Source: an uncultured Candidatus Rokubacteria bacterium
Lineage (GTDB): Bacteria > Methylomirabilota > Methylomirabilia > Rokubacteriales > CSP1-6
Assembly (NCBI GenBank): GCA_963758635.1
Contig: CAVWWD010000008.1
Span: forward strand, 1,152,001 to 1,216,000
Direction: 5' to 3'
Length of the DNA: 64,000 nt
Shown: positions 1 to 12,884 of the stretch, piece by piece
Layout of the letters: every line of letters begins with the position of its first letter
Position numbering within the stretch: position 1 is the first letter of the stretch
The notes under the pieces: generated by a model
What the model was told of the DNA's origin: nothing
Seen by the model: the letters and a program-made list of their open reading frames with translations, nothing else
The model's database searches: none
Position numbers and translations under genes: made by a program

Positions 1-1
1 C

Positions 2-388
2 AAGAACCGCGACTTCTGGATGCCGTTCGCCCCCACGATCCTCGCGGAGCGCGCGGCCGACTACCTGGAGGACGGAGCGCGTCTGGCCTCGCCGTACATG
101 ATGCTGGCCTCGCCCACGCGTCCGGCCGCGCGCGAGGCGCTCGCCGCCGCGCTCCATCCCCACGACGCGACGGCGCGGCCGCAGATCCTCGACGAGGCGT
201 GGAACCCCGAGTACCACGCGGTCATCAGCGAGTTCCAGCGCCGCACCGGCATCGGCGCGGTGCTGAACACGTCGTTCAACCTCCACGGCGAGCCCATCGT
301 GTGCAGCGCGGAGGATGCCGTGGACACCTTCGAGCGGTCGGGGCTTCCCCACCTCGCCGCCGGCCACTTCCTGATCTCCAAGCGGTGA
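2..388 (+). CDS. Carbamoyltransferase (NodU/CmcH family), C-terminal part; runs off the window start
   Basis: KNRDFWMPFAP...HPHDATARPQ...LNTSFNLHGEPIV motifs typical of the carbamoyltransferase C-terminal domain. Confidence 0.9.
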   Translation, partial: KNRDFWMPFAPTILAERAADYLEDGARLASPYMMLASPTRPAAREALAAALHPHDATARPQILDEAWNPEYHAVISEFQRRTGIGAVLNTSFNLHGEPIVCSAEDAVDTFERSGLPHLAAGHFLISKR

Positions 389-1608
389 GCCCGCCCGCCG
401 GGAGGCCCGGGCGCCTCCGCACGCGGCCGCTCGTCCGCGTGGTGGGCATCGGGCTCATCGGGCTCCTCTGGCTGGCCACGGGGCTGGCCCTCGCCGAGCT
501 CGTCGTCCGCGTCCGCCCCCGCTCGCCCGCCCGCGACGCGTACGTGAGCTCCGACCCCGTCCGGCACCATCGGCTGAAGCCCAGCCACGCCGCGGTCCGT
601 CTCGGCGCGCCGTTTTCGACCAACGCGCTCGGGCTGAAGGATCGCGAGTACCCGCCGGTCAAGCCGGCCGACGTGTTCAGGGTGCTGGTGATCGGCGATT
701 CCTTTGTCGAGGGGTTCGGCCTGTCGAACGAGGACACCATGCCCAAGCAGGCCGAGGCCCTGCTGGCTCAGCGCGCGTGCCGGCGTCGCGTCGAGGTGGT
801 GAACGGCGGCGTCGCCAGCTATTCGCCGATCCTCGAGTACCTGTTCCTCCGCCACGTCGGGCTCGCCCTCGAGCCGGACCTCGTGGTGCTCGCCTTCGAC
901 ATGACCAACGTCCACGACGACCTGGTCCGGGGCAAGCTGGCCTCGTTCGACGCTCATGGGCTGCCGCGGGCGGTCCCCGCGGACCGCCGCGCCGAGGCGG
1001 CGGTGCTCCTGCCGCCCATCGCCAGGCCCGGCGCGCTCCGCGTCCTCGACCCGGTCGAGCGCCTGGCCAACCGCGTGCAGCTCTACCAGTCATTCCGGGT
1101 GTCGCGCGCCGGACGGGCGCTGTTCGGCGCGGTCGCCCTGACCCCGGAGGAGCTCGAGGCGCGCGGCCTGGTGGGCGAGGTGCAATACGATCCGATCGCC
1201 ATCACGCGCGATCTCGAGCGGGCGGGCGAGCGAGAGGCCTGGGCGGCGACCGAGCGGTACGTGGCGGGGATCGCCGGCCTCGCCCGCCAGCGCGGGCTGC
1301 CGCTGGCCGTGGTCCTCTATCCGCAGGCGCAGCAGGTGAGCGCCAGCGAGTCTCCCGTGGGGCGGCGGAAGGTGGGCGCCGGCCCCGGCCTCTACCGGGC
1401 CGATCGGCCCTTCCGCCGGATGGAGGCGATCGCGACGCGCCTCGGCGTCCCGGTCATCGACGTGGTCGATCTGTTCCGCGAGCGCTCGGCGCGCGATGGC
1501 CCGCTGTTCTTCGCCGACGACATGCACCACAACCCGCGCGGAGCCCGAGTCTTCGCCGAGGGAGTCATCCACGGCCTCGTCGCCGCCCGCCTCGTGCCCT
1601 GCACCTGA
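385..1608 (+). CDS. SGNH/GDSL hydrolase-like protein with N-terminal membrane anchor (AlgX/AlgJ-like)
   Basis: GTG overlaps the upstream stop; TM segment; IGDSFVEG, NGGV and DDMH motifs. Confidence 0.8.
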   Translation: MSPPAGRPGRLRTRPLVRVVGIGLIGLLWLATGLALAELVVRVRPRSPARDAYVSSDPVRHHRLKPSHAAVRLGAPFSTNALGLKDREYPPVKPADVFRVLVIGDSFVEGFGLSNEDTMPKQAEALLAQRACRRRVEVVNGGVASYSPILEYLFLRHVGLALEPDLVVLAFDMTNVHDDLVRGKLASFDAHGLPRAVPADRRAEAAVLLPPIARPGALRVLDPVERLANRVQLYQSFRVSRAGRALFGAVALTPEELEARGLVGEVQYDPIAITRDLERAGEREAWAATERYVAGIAGLARQRGLPLAVVLYPQAQQVSASESPVGRRKVGAGPGLYRADRPFRRMEAIATRLGVPVIDVVDLFRERSARDGPLFFADDMHHNPRGARVFAEGVIHGLVAARLVPCT

Positions 1609-1618
1609 CCCCGCCGGG

Positions 1619-2110
1619 TCAGAACTTCTCGGAGGCGCCTGCGCCGCCGAAGGCGCCTCCGGCGCCGAGGCTCTTGGGCTGATCGCTCGGACTCGAGCCT
1701 GACGGCGACAGCGTGGCGACGACCGGCACGACCTGCAGCGTGAGCTGGCGCCGCTCGTCGGTGAAGAGGGGAGCCGCGGTGAAGCCGAGTATCTCGCCGT
1801 CGCGGGCCCGCCCGAGCGCGCGCTCGACCCAGGCGGCGGCAACGGCCAGCGCGGCGCCGCCCGCCACCAGCACGAGCCAGAGCGGCGCGACGTGCACGTA
1901 GTGCCGAAGCGTGACGAGCGACAGCGCCGCGAGGACGATCCCCGCGTCGACGAGCAGCGTCCGCCGCGCCCCGATGCCCCACGCGAGCACGGCCAGCGGC
2001 ACGAGCGCCGTGGCCACCGCCGCGACGACCAGGGCAGGGGCCGGGGCCTCGCCGGACGCGCCTGTCCGGCCGAAGCTCTCGATCAGGCGCCGATCTAACC
2101 CTCTCCCCAT
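1619..2110 (-). pseudogene. C-terminal fragment of a membrane protein ending GGAFGGAGASEKF
   Basis: Three hydrophobic helices plus a Gly-rich tail; the only ATG lies inside a REP-like palindrome, so the gene looks 5'-truncated. Confidence 0.5.
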
Positions 2111-2132
2111 GGGGAGAGGGCAGGGTGAGGGG
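2099..2132. repeat. REP-like palindromic element
   Basis: CCCTCTCCCC-AT-GGGGAGAGGG perfect hairpin followed by CAGGGTGAGGGG. Confidence 0.7.
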
Positions 2133-2194
2133 CGGTAGCACCAGCGCGCGGCTGGACGTGCGCGTGTCCGGCCCCTTCGAGGAGGGCGCCCGTC

Positions 2195-2362
2195 CTAGCG
2201 GGACGGCCCACGGTACTGGCAGTTGCCCCCGAACTGGCTGTCGCCGTACCACACGCCGCCCGAGCGCACGCAGTCCGCGTAGACCTGCGCGTCCACCTCG
2301 GCGCGGCTCAGCCCCGGCGTGGCGCACCCGGCGAAGCCCACCAGGACGGCGCCGACAGCCAC
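2195..2362 (-). CDS. Small predicted lipoprotein, ~55 aa (paralog 2; start uncertain)
   Basis: VAVGAVLVGFAGC lipobox followed by YADCVRSGGVWYGDSQFGGNC. Confidence 0.65.
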   Translation of the reverse strand: MAVGAVLVGFAGCATPGLSRAEVDAQVYADCVRSGGVWYGDSQFGGNCQYRGPSR

Positions 2363-2418
2363 GCAGCGCGCGAGTCCGGCCGCCCTGCGGGCTTGCGGCC
2401 CGCTGGCCAGCTCGCCGC

Positions 2419-2598
2419 TCAGGGGAACGGGCCTCCCTCGAAGCGGCAGCTGCCGCCGAACTGATTGTCGCCGTACCACCTGCCGCCCGAGCGGACACAG
2501 TCCGCGTACATTGCCCCTTCCATATCCGTGCGGTCGATCGGCGGCCACGCGCACCCGGCCAGCGTGAGCACCACGGCGAGCCCGAATAGCCAGCGCAT
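2419..2598 (-). CDS. Small predicted lipoprotein, 59 aa (paralog 1; not in the ORF track)
   Basis: Translated by hand: MRWLFGLAVVLTLAGCAWPPIDRTDMEGAMYADCVRSGGRWYGDNQFGGSCRFEGGPFP; LAGC lipobox. Confidence 0.75.
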   Translation of the reverse strand: MRWLFGLAVVLTLAGCAWPPIDRTDMEGAMYADCVRSGGRWYGDNQFGGSCRFEGGPFP

Positions 2599-2710
2599 GC
2601 CCTAGGACTACACCCTTGACCGCCCGTCCGCCAGCGGGCTTCACCTGACACCCGCGCCCGCCGGGCACGCGCGACCGAACCGCGGCGGATGCGAGGGGCC
2701 CGGGCCCGCG

Positions 2711-3640
2711 TCAGAAGATCTCGCTGACCGAGCGGCCATCGTGGATGCGCGCGATGGCCTCGGCGAGGAGCGGGCCGACCGAGAGCACCTCGATCTTCGG
2801 CGAAGACATGGCGAGCGGGATGCTGTTGGTGACGAGCAGGCGCTCCATGCGGGAGGCGGCGAGGCGCTCGAAGGCGCGCCCCGAGAGCACGGGGTGCACC
2901 ACCGCCGCCGCCACGCTCCGCGCGCCGTGGGCGAGCAGGAAGTCGGTGGCGCTGAAGAGCGTGCCGCCCGTCGCGATCTCGTCGTCCACCAGCAGGCAGC
3001 GCTTGCCGGCCACGTCGCCGATCACGGCCACCGCCTCCGCGCGCTCGTCGTCGCCCGAGCGCCGCTTGTCGATGATCGCGATCGGCCGGTCGAGCAGCTT
3101 GGCGAACCGGCCCGCGTCCTTGGCCTCGCCCACGTCCGCGGCCACCACCACAACGTCGTCCACCCCGCCCTCGCGCACGCGCGCGCACAGCACCGGAACG
3201 GCGGTGAGCTGGTCGGCCGGCATGGAGAAGAAGCCCTGGATCTGCGGAGAGTGGAGATCCAGCGTCAGCACGCGGTCGGCGCCGGCGGCGGCGAGCAGGT
3301 CGGCCATGAGCCGCGCGGTGATCGCAATGCGCGGCTCGTCCTTCTTGTCGCTGCGCGCGTACGGGAAGTAGGGCAGGACCGCGGTCACCCGCCGCGCCGA
3401 GGAGTGGGTGAGCGCGTCGATCAGGATCAGCAGCTCCACGATGTGTTCGGACAGCGGCGGCGCCGCCGTCTGCACCACGAAGACGTCGTGCTCGCGGACG
3501 TTCTCCTCGATCTTGACCTTCAGGTTCTCGTTGGTGAAGCGAGTGGTCGTGACCACGCCCAGCGGGATCCCCAGGCACTTGCAGATCTCCTGTGCCAACG
3601 CCGGATGCGACGAGCCCGCGAAGACCTTGAGCCCGTCCAT
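2711..3640 (-). CDS. prs: Ribose-phosphate pyrophosphokinase
   Basis: FAGSSHPALA, YFPYARSDKKD, DLHSPQIQGFF and VDDEIATGGT motifs. Confidence 0.95.
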   Translation of the reverse strand: MDGLKVFAGSSHPALAQEICKCLGIPLGVVTTTRFTNENLKVKIEENVREHDVFVVQTAAPPLSEHIVELLILIDALTHSSARRVTAVLPYFPYARSDKKDEPRIAITARLMADLLAAAGADRVLTLDLHSPQIQGFFSMPADQLTAVPVLCARVREGGVDDVVVVAADVGEAKDAGRFAKLLDRPIAIIDKRRSGDDERAEAVAVIGDVAGKRCLLVDDEIATGGTLFSATDFLLAHGARSVAAAVVHPVLSGRAFERLAASRMERLLVTNSIPLAMSSPKIEVLSVGPLLAEAIARIHDGRSVSEIF

Positions 3641-3719
3641 CGCTCCCCGATACTCGTCCACCGGCCCACCCCGGTCAAGGCCGCACCGGCCACACCCGAT
3701 ATGGCCACCCGTCGCGCGG

Positions 3720-4667
3720 TCAGTAGCCGCGGCGAGGGTCGACCTGGAACCGGAGGGGGCGGCCGGAGAGGTGGCGCCGGAGGTTCTCGCCGAAGATCGG
3801 CGCGATCTCGATGGGCACACTCGGCCCCGAGATGTGGGGCGTGACGACCACGTTGTCCAGCGTCCAGAAGGGATGGCTCGGGGGGAGGGGCTCGGTGTCG
3901 AACACGTCGAGGATGGCGCCGCCAATGCGCCGGGTGGTGAGCGCCTCGACCAGGGCGGGCTCGTCCACCACCGGGCCGCGCGCCACGTTGATCAGCCAGG
4001 CCGTCGGCTTCATGGCCGCCAGCTCGCGCGCGCCGATGAGCCCGCGCGTGGCCGGCGTGAGCGGCACGGTGAGCACGCAGAAGTCGGCCTCGGACAGCGC
4101 TTCGCGGATGGCCGTGGTGCGGTAGACCGTTCGCGCCGCGCCGAGCCGGCGCCCGCTGCGGCTCACGCCGACCACGTTCATGCCGACGGCGCGCGCCGTC
4201 GCCGCGATGTCGGCGCCGATGTCGCCCAGGCCCACCACGCAGAGCGTCTGCCCGCGCAGCCGCCGCGGGTCCACGGGCCGCCACCGCCGCTCGCGCTGCC
4301 GGGCCCGGAAGCCGTCCATCCCCTGGGCGACCCAGAAGCACCAGCCCAGCGTGTACTCGGCCATCCACGACCCGAAGATGCCCGCCACGCGCGTGACCTT
4401 CACGCGCTTCGGCAGCTCCGGCACGAGCGCGCGCTCCACGCCCGCGCCCATCACCTGGTACCAGCGGAGCCGTTTGGCCTGGGCGAGCAGCGCGGCCGGG
4501 AATCCCCACGCGTAGAGCACCTCGGTGTCGGCGATGAGCGGCGCGGCCTCCTCCGGCGTGGCGCACACGTGCACGGTGACGCCGCGCGGACGCCGGATCA
4601 GCCGCGCGTAGGCGAGGGCCTCCCCCGGCTCGGGATGATAGACGAGGACGCGGCAGGCTCGGGTCAC
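3720..4667 (-). CDS. D-2-hydroxyacid dehydrogenase (GhrA-like)
   Basis: GLGDIG, LINVARGPVVDE, LDVFDTEPLP and TPHISG motifs. Confidence 0.9.
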   Translation of the reverse strand: MTRACRVLVYHPEPGEALAYARLIRRPRGVTVHVCATPEEAAPLIADTEVLYAWGFPAALLAQAKRLRWYQVMGAGVERALVPELPKRVKVTRVAGIFGSWMAEYTLGWCFWVAQGMDGFRARQRERRWRPVDPRRLRGQTLCVVGLGDIGADIAATARAVGMNVVGVSRSGRRLGAARTVYRTTAIREALSEADFCVLTVPLTPATRGLIGARELAAMKPTAWLINVARGPVVDEPALVEALTTRRIGGAILDVFDTEPLPPSHPFWTLDNVVVTPHISGPSVPIEIAPIFGENLRRHLSGRPLRFQVDPRRGY

Positions 4668-4819
4668 GTGGCCGGCACGAACGGGGGGCGCGCCTCGAAC
4701 GGTAAGCGGTCCGCGTACGGGAGGCCGACCGCGACGCTCGCGTCCCTGAAGTCCGCCCGGTAGAATCCTCGCACCCGCGGGGCAGTGGCCTCGACGACGA
4801 GGACGCGGGGCGCTCGCAT
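4664..4819 (-). CDS. Short 51-aa ORF or collapsed gene remnant
   Basis: TGCTAGAAT lies 9 nt before the ATG, and the stop overlaps the next GTG start (MRAPRVLVVEATAPRVRGFYRADF...). Confidence 0.3.
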   Translation of the reverse strand: MRAPRVLVVEATAPRVRGFYRADFRDASVAVGLPYADRLPFEARPPFVPAT

Positions 4820-4882
4820 GACGGGCGGATTCTAGCACGCGCGGCTGCGCCCCTCCGGCCCTCGCGCGAAGGAGACGAGCCA

Positions 4883-5266
4883 GTGGGCAGAGACGTGTCG
4901 ACGACGTGGGTGGGCGCGCTGAAGACCGAGGCGCGCGTGGGCACACACCGCGTGCTCTCGGACGAGCCCGTGGAGCACGGAGGGGACGACGCCGGCCCGA
5001 CGCCGGTCGACTACTTGCTCGTGGCGCTGACCGCCTGAATGGTGACCACGGTTCGGCTGTACGCCGAACGCCGGCAGATCGCGCTACACCGCATCGAGGC
5101 GAGGGCCCACCGGGAGCCTCCGTCGGGCAAGATCGCCACGATCGACACGGAGCTCATCCTGGACGGCGACCTCGACGAGGCACAGCGCCAGAAGCTGCAG
5201 GAGGTGGCGGCCCGCTGCCCCGTGACGCGGACGCTGATCGACGGCGTCAGCATCAGGCACGTCTAG
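4883..5266 (+). CDS. OsmC/Ohr-family selenoprotein (in-frame UGA at 5036-5038 read as Sec)
   Basis: RBS AAGGAG before the GTG; SDEPVEHGGDDAGPTPVDYLLVALTA-UGA-MVTTVRLYA...ARCPVTRTL all in one frame; the UGA sits at the first catalytic Cys position. Confidence 0.88.
5049..5073 (+). promoter_or_regulatory. SECIS-like hairpin of the OsmC-like gene
   Basis: Perfect stem GTTCGGC/GCCGAAC (5051-5057/5063-5069) with loop UGUAC starting 19 nt after the UGA. Confidence 0.75.
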
Positions 5267-5441
5267 CCGCGAACGACGGGAGACCGACGCTCAGCGTAGG
5301 CTCTAAGCGTCACCGCGCCGTCCGCCCGCCCGAAGAGGCGCCAGGGAGGCCCGCACGCCAGTTCCTCCTTGGCCATCGCGGTCGTCCGGAGCAGGATCAC
5401 GCCCAATGAAGTCCAGCCAGGGCGGCTGATGGGCCGGTGCT

Positions 5442-5508
5442 TCGAGCTGGGCGCGGAGGACTACCTGTTCAAGCCGGTCAACCCGGTGCTGCTGCGGGCG
5501 CGCGTGGC
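5442..5508 (+). repeat. 67-bp exact copy of 9004-9070 (receiver-domain coding fragment)
   Basis: TCGAGCTGGGCGCGGAGGACTAC...GCGCGCGTGGC is identical at both sites. Confidence 0.9.
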
Positions 5509-5569
5509 ACCGCATCGGCACATCACCGTCGGCCGACGCGTGCCAGGGCGTTCAGCGACAGGAGATCGC

Positions 5570-8698
<3,129 letters not shown>

Positions 8699-8715
<17 letters not shown>

Positions 8716-9784
8716 CGTCGAGTCCGGCGACCTCCTCGTCGTCGACGACAACCGCGTCAACCGCCTGCTGCTCGGGCGCGCGCTCGAGCAGCTCGGCCAC
8801 GCCGTCGCGTTCGCCGAGAACGGGCGGCAGGCCCTCGACCTGCTGCGCCGAGCGCCCCGTGGACCTGGTGCTCCTGGACATCGAGATGCCCGAGATGGAC
8901 GGCTACCAGGTGCTGGAGGCCCTGGCCGCCGACCCGCGCCTGCGCGAGGTGCCCGTCGTGATGATGTCCTCGGTCGAGGAGGTGGACAGCGTGGCCCGGT
9001 GCATCGAGCTGGGCGCGGAGGACTACCTGTTCAAGCCGGTCAACCCGGTGCTGCTGCGGGCGCGCGTGGCGGCCAGCCTGGAGAAGAAGCGCCTGCGCGA
9101 CATGCAGCGCGGCGCTGTTCCGGAAGTTCGCCACCGCGGAGGTGGCCGACGAGCTCCTGACGACGGGCCTGGCGCTGGGCGGCAGGCTCTTCCGACCGTT
9201 CGAGCCCGCGCCTTGCCGTGGACGCCAGCGTGATGTTCTCGGACATCCGTGGCTTCACGAGCCTCACGGAGACGCTGCCGCCCGCCCAGACCATCGAGCT
9301 CCTGAACAGCTACTACACGCTCATGTTCGACGCGATCGGCGCGCAGGCCGGCATCGTCAACCAGATGCTGGGCGACGGGCTCATGGCCATCTTCGGGGCG
9401 CCGCTGCCGCGCGCCGATCACCGCGAGCGCGCGGTGCGCGCGGCCCTCGAGATGCTCGACCTCGTGGAGCTCTTCAACCAGGAGCAGGGGCTCCGCGCCC
9501 AGGCGAAGATCCAGATCGGGATCGGCATCGCATCCGGCCCCGTCGTGGCGGGCCTCACCGGCACCGAGCAGCGCGCCACCTACACGTGCGTGGGCGAGAC
9601 CGTGAACCTCGCCGCGCACCTCGAGGCGCACACCAAGGATCTCGGCCGGCCCATCCTGATCGACGAGAACACCCGGAGCGGGCTCGGCGAGAAGCTTCGC
9701 GTGGAGCCGCACGGCCCGGCCCAGTTCAAGCGCAGCCGGAACGCCGTGCAGATCTACTCCGTGCCGCCGGGCCAGGGCGCCTGA
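8699..9784 (+). CDS. Response regulator receiver fused to class III adenylate/guanylate cyclase (frameshifted)
   Basis: [20 protein letters not shown], then [20 protein letters not shown] and GETVNLAA. Confidence 0.85.
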
Positions 9785-9823
9785 CGCCCACGACGCGCGC
9801 GCGCTCGTCGCGGACGGGCGCGG

Positions 9824-10069
9824 TCAGCCGATCGACACGGCCACGCAGGTGGTCGTGCGCGTGACGCCGTCGATGGTCCCGATCGACTCCGTGACGAGCC
9901 CGCCGATGGCGTCGAGCGAGGCGCCCTCCACCACGGCGATGAAGTCGTAGGGCCCGGTGACGGCGTCCATGGCGTCCACGCTCGCCCGGCCGCCCTTGAT
10001 CTTGCCGAGCGCGCGCTTCACCGTCTTCGTCTTCCCGGCCGCCGTCTCGATGAGCACGTAGGCTTTCAT
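9824..10069 (-). CDS. Stand-alone Lrp/AsnC ligand-binding (RAM) domain protein
   Basis: KAYVLIE...VTGPYDFIAVVE...IDGVTRTTTC. Confidence 0.85.
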   Translation of the reverse strand: MKAYVLIETAAGKTKTVKRALGKIKGGRASVDAMDAVTGPYDFIAVVEGASLDAIGGLVTESIGTIDGVTRTTTCVAVSIG

Positions 10070-10121
10070 GGTTCTACTCCTCTCCCCCTCTGCGCCGCGC
10101 GTTCGGCGCGGTCGGTGGCGG

Positions 10122-11045
10122 TCATGCGCGCCGGCCCCGATACCAGAACAGCGCGGCGAGGCCGCCCAGGGCCACGGCGGCCGCCGGCCAGAAGTTCGTC
10201 CGGAACGGAGGCAGCAGCGAGAACGGGGAACGGAGGCTGGCCGGGCGGATGCGCCCGTCGAGCAGGCCGTCGACCACGGCGTGGGCCTCGCGCATCAGCA
10301 CCTCGGCGGCGGCCCGCGCCAGCGCCACGTCGGCGAAGGCGGGATGGCCACGATAGCCCTGCCCCTCGCCGCGGAGCGGATAGTTCGGCCGCAGGCGCTC
10401 CACCATCGAGTAGCGCGCGGGGGCGAGCGAGCGATACTCCGGGTCCACGAGGTCCGGGCGCAGCCACAGCATCAGCAACGTCTCCCAGAGGCCGCCGTGG
10501 GAGTCCTCGGTCATCGCCCGGCGCTCCTCGCCGGTGAGCGTCCGCCCCAGCTCCGCCTCGATGCGCGGCAGGAGGCCTCCGTCCAGGAAGTGCCAGGCGA
10601 GCGCGCCCGAGAGCGACGCCATCGTGATCCGATGCCGGCGGGACACGATGGCCGCGGCCTCCTCGAGGGCCACGAGGTGGCCCGGCCCGCCGTGCCCGTT
10701 GGCGATCAGGATGTAGCGGAAGCCCGAGCGGGCCAGCGAGTCGCCGCAATCGGCCACCACGTCGCGGACCACGCGCTGGCGGACCGTGATGGTGCCGGGG
10801 GCGTCGAAGGCGAAGCTCCCGAGGTGGAGCGTCGGCGCCAGCAGCGCCGTCCAGCCCGGGCGCGAGGCGACCACGCGCTCCGCCACCGACTCCGCCACGT
10901 AGCGGGCGGTGAAGGCGTCCACGCCCACGGGCAGGTGAGGGCCGTGCTGCTCGAGCGGGCTCACGCTCAGGAGGACCACGGTGCGCTCGCGGTCGAGCGC
11001 GTCGAGCGCGCGGGTGGACATCTCCTCGATCCGGTGGACGCTCAA
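10122..11045 (-). CDS. Creatininase/creatinine amidohydrolase family protein
   Basis: EQHGPHLPVGVD, NGHGG and HGGLWET metal-binding motifs. Confidence 0.85.
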   Translation of the reverse strand: MSVHRIEEMSTRALDALDRERTVVLLSVSPLEQHGPHLPVGVDAFTARYVAESVAERVVASRPGWTALLAPTLHLGSFAFDAPGTITVRQRVVRDVVADCGDSLARSGFRYILIANGHGGPGHLVALEEAAAIVSRRHRITMASLSGALAWHFLDGGLLPRIEAELGRTLTGEERRAMTEDSHGGLWETLLMLWLRPDLVDPEYRSLAPARYSMVERLRPNYPLRGEGQGYRGHPAFADVALARAAAEVLMREAHAVVDGLLDGRIRPASLRSPFSLLPPFRTNFWPAAAVALGGLAALFWYRGRRA

Positions 11046-12424
11046 AAGCTGCTCCCCTTGGTGGCGGCGAGGTAGTCGTTCTTGGCGCGGTCCAGGTCGT
11101 CCATGATCGCCTGGCGCTCCTCCAGCAGGCGGGTGGCGGCCTGATGCCGCGTGACCGAGAGCGCGCCCAGGCGCAGGTGGGCGCGCAGCCGCCCCGCGCC
11201 GACGAGGTAGCGGTGGGCGAGGATGCCGCTCACGGGCAGGGATAGCAGGAAGAGCGCGGCGACGAGCGGTCCGGCGAAGCGCCAGACCAGCCACGTCTCC
11301 ACGCCCCAGGCGATCGGCAGCGCCACGATGCTCATGAGAAAGCGCGTCGTCGCGTAGTCCGTCTCCTTGCGCGCGATCCGCCGGGCGAGCCAGCGCGGCA
11401 CGAAGAAGGGCAGGGCGTTCACGACCACGCCGTAGGCGAAGATCGGCAGCCCGAGCGTCGACTCCCAGCCGCGCCGGATGCGCTGGCGCGCCCCCGGCCG
11501 CGGGGCGAGGCGCGCCTGGACGGCCACGTCCTTGACGCGATACGCGGCGAGGAGCGCCCGGTACGCGAGGATGCGCTGCCAGAGGCGCTCCACGCGCTCC
11601 GGCTCGCGCTCCTCGAAGTGCGCGGTGGCGCCGGCGATGGCCCGGGAGAGCCGGAAGACGTCGATCTGGCGGGGGGAGAGGCCGCGCTCGTCCTCCAGCT
11701 CACGCACCAGCTCGCTCCGGTACAGGTCCTCGACGGCGCGCACGAAGGCGACGGAGTCCATCCGCTTGACCGAGACCACCTCCGCCTCCATCGCCCACTG
11801 GATGGCGTCGGTGAGCCCGTCCACCGCCTTGCCGGGGTCCTCGCGATACGTCTCGGCGTGCGGGGTCACGGCCAGCGGCTCGCCGAAGGACACCAGCACG
11901 CGCCCCCGGAACGACTTCCGCGCCTCGAAGGTGAGCCCGACCGGGACCAGGACCAGCTGCGCGCCGCGGGCGCCGGGCGCGGCGCGCCGGACCTCGTAGT
12001 CCAGCGCGATGCGCGACGCCCCGGTCTTGATCCGCTGCACGCGCGGCTCGGCATGGGTGGTGCCCTCCGGGTAGATCGCGATCACCTCGCCGCGCTCGAG
12101 CACCTCGAAGCAGGCACGGAAGGCGTCCACGTTCTTGTCCATCTTGTCCGGGTCGTCCTGCCGCCGGTACACGGGAATGGCCCCGCACGCGAGGAGGAAC
12201 CGCCCCACGAGCGCGTTCCTGAAGAGCGCCGCCGTGGCCAGGAAGTGGACGGGCCGGCCGACCACCGCGCCCACGAGGAGCGAGTCGATCAGGTTGTTGG
12301 GATGGTTGGCGCAGAGGAGCACGGGCCCGCGATCGGGCACACGCTCGGGGTGCCGGACGTCCACGGCCTTGAAGAAGAACCAGAGCCAGAAGCGGGCCAC
12401 GGCGCGGACGGCCGAGTACAGCAC
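11042..12424 (-). CDS. Lysophospholipid/glycerol-phosphate acyltransferase (PlsC-like) with C-terminal membrane region
   Basis: NHPNNLID (HX4D) and YPEGT motifs. Confidence 0.88.
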   Translation of the reverse strand: MLYSAVRAVARFWLWFFFKAVDVRHPERVPDRGPVLLCANHPNNLIDSLLVGAVVGRPVHFLATAALFRNALVGRFLLACGAIPVYRRQDDPDKMDKNVDAFRACFEVLERGEVIAIYPEGTTHAEPRVQRIKTGASRIALDYEVRRAAPGARGAQLVLVPVGLTFEARKSFRGRVLVSFGEPLAVTPHAETYREDPGKAVDGLTDAIQWAMEAEVVSVKRMDSVAFVRAVEDLYRSELVRELEDERGLSPRQIDVFRLSRAIAGATAHFEEREPERVERLWQRILAYRALLAAYRVKDVAVQARLAPRPGARQRIRRGWESTLGLPIFAYGVVVNALPFFVPRWLARRIARKETDYATTRFLMSIVALPIAWGVETWLVWRFAGPLVAALFLLSLPVSGILAHRYLVGAGRLRAHLRLGALSVTRHQAATRLLEERQAIMDDLDRAKNDYLAATKGSSF

Positions 12425-12430
12425 CGGGGC

Positions 12431-12857
12431 TCAGTTCCCCAGGAACCGCCGGAGCGTGGACGCGAACGCGGCAGGCCGCTCCACCGGGCGCCCGCCCACG
12501 AAGTCCACGCGCGTGCCGCGCTCGCGCAGGTGGTCCGCGGGATCGAACCGGGCGGTGATCGTGACGCTGTCCGCTCCCGCCCGGAGCTTCAGGCGCTCCC
12601 CGACGCTCTCGTCGCCCAGCCGGGCCACGAGGACGTAGAGCCCGGACGCGTCCGTGGTGCCGGCGTAGGAGAAGCCGGTCTTCTCGCGCGTGAGCTCGAC
12701 GCTCACGCCCGGGCGGGGCTTGCCCGGCGCGTCCTCCAGGTAGCCCAGCACGATGTAGCGGTAGTAGATCTCGTGCTCTGACCGGCCGGGTGATGGGGTC
12801 AGCGACACATACGAAGAATCGGCAAGCAATATCAGATATCTTGATGATTCTGATCAT
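12431..12857 (-). CDS. Hypothetical, probably exported protein (N-terminus uncertain or frameshifted)
   Basis: Coding-like composition from EHEIYYRYIVLGY; its stop abuts the next gene. Confidence 0.55.
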
Positions 12858-12884
12858 GATGGAGGACGAGAGGCAGCCGGCGAC

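Noticed and set aside
9186..9217. Odd ~30-bp insert in the cyclase gene starting GCTCTTCCGA (adapter-like)
   Set aside because: Only 10 nt match a sequencing adapter, which cannot be told from chance or local error
12810..12870. AT-rich ATCAGA...TCTGAT palindrome as an operator
   Set aside because: Overlaps the probable N-terminal coding region and has no second instance
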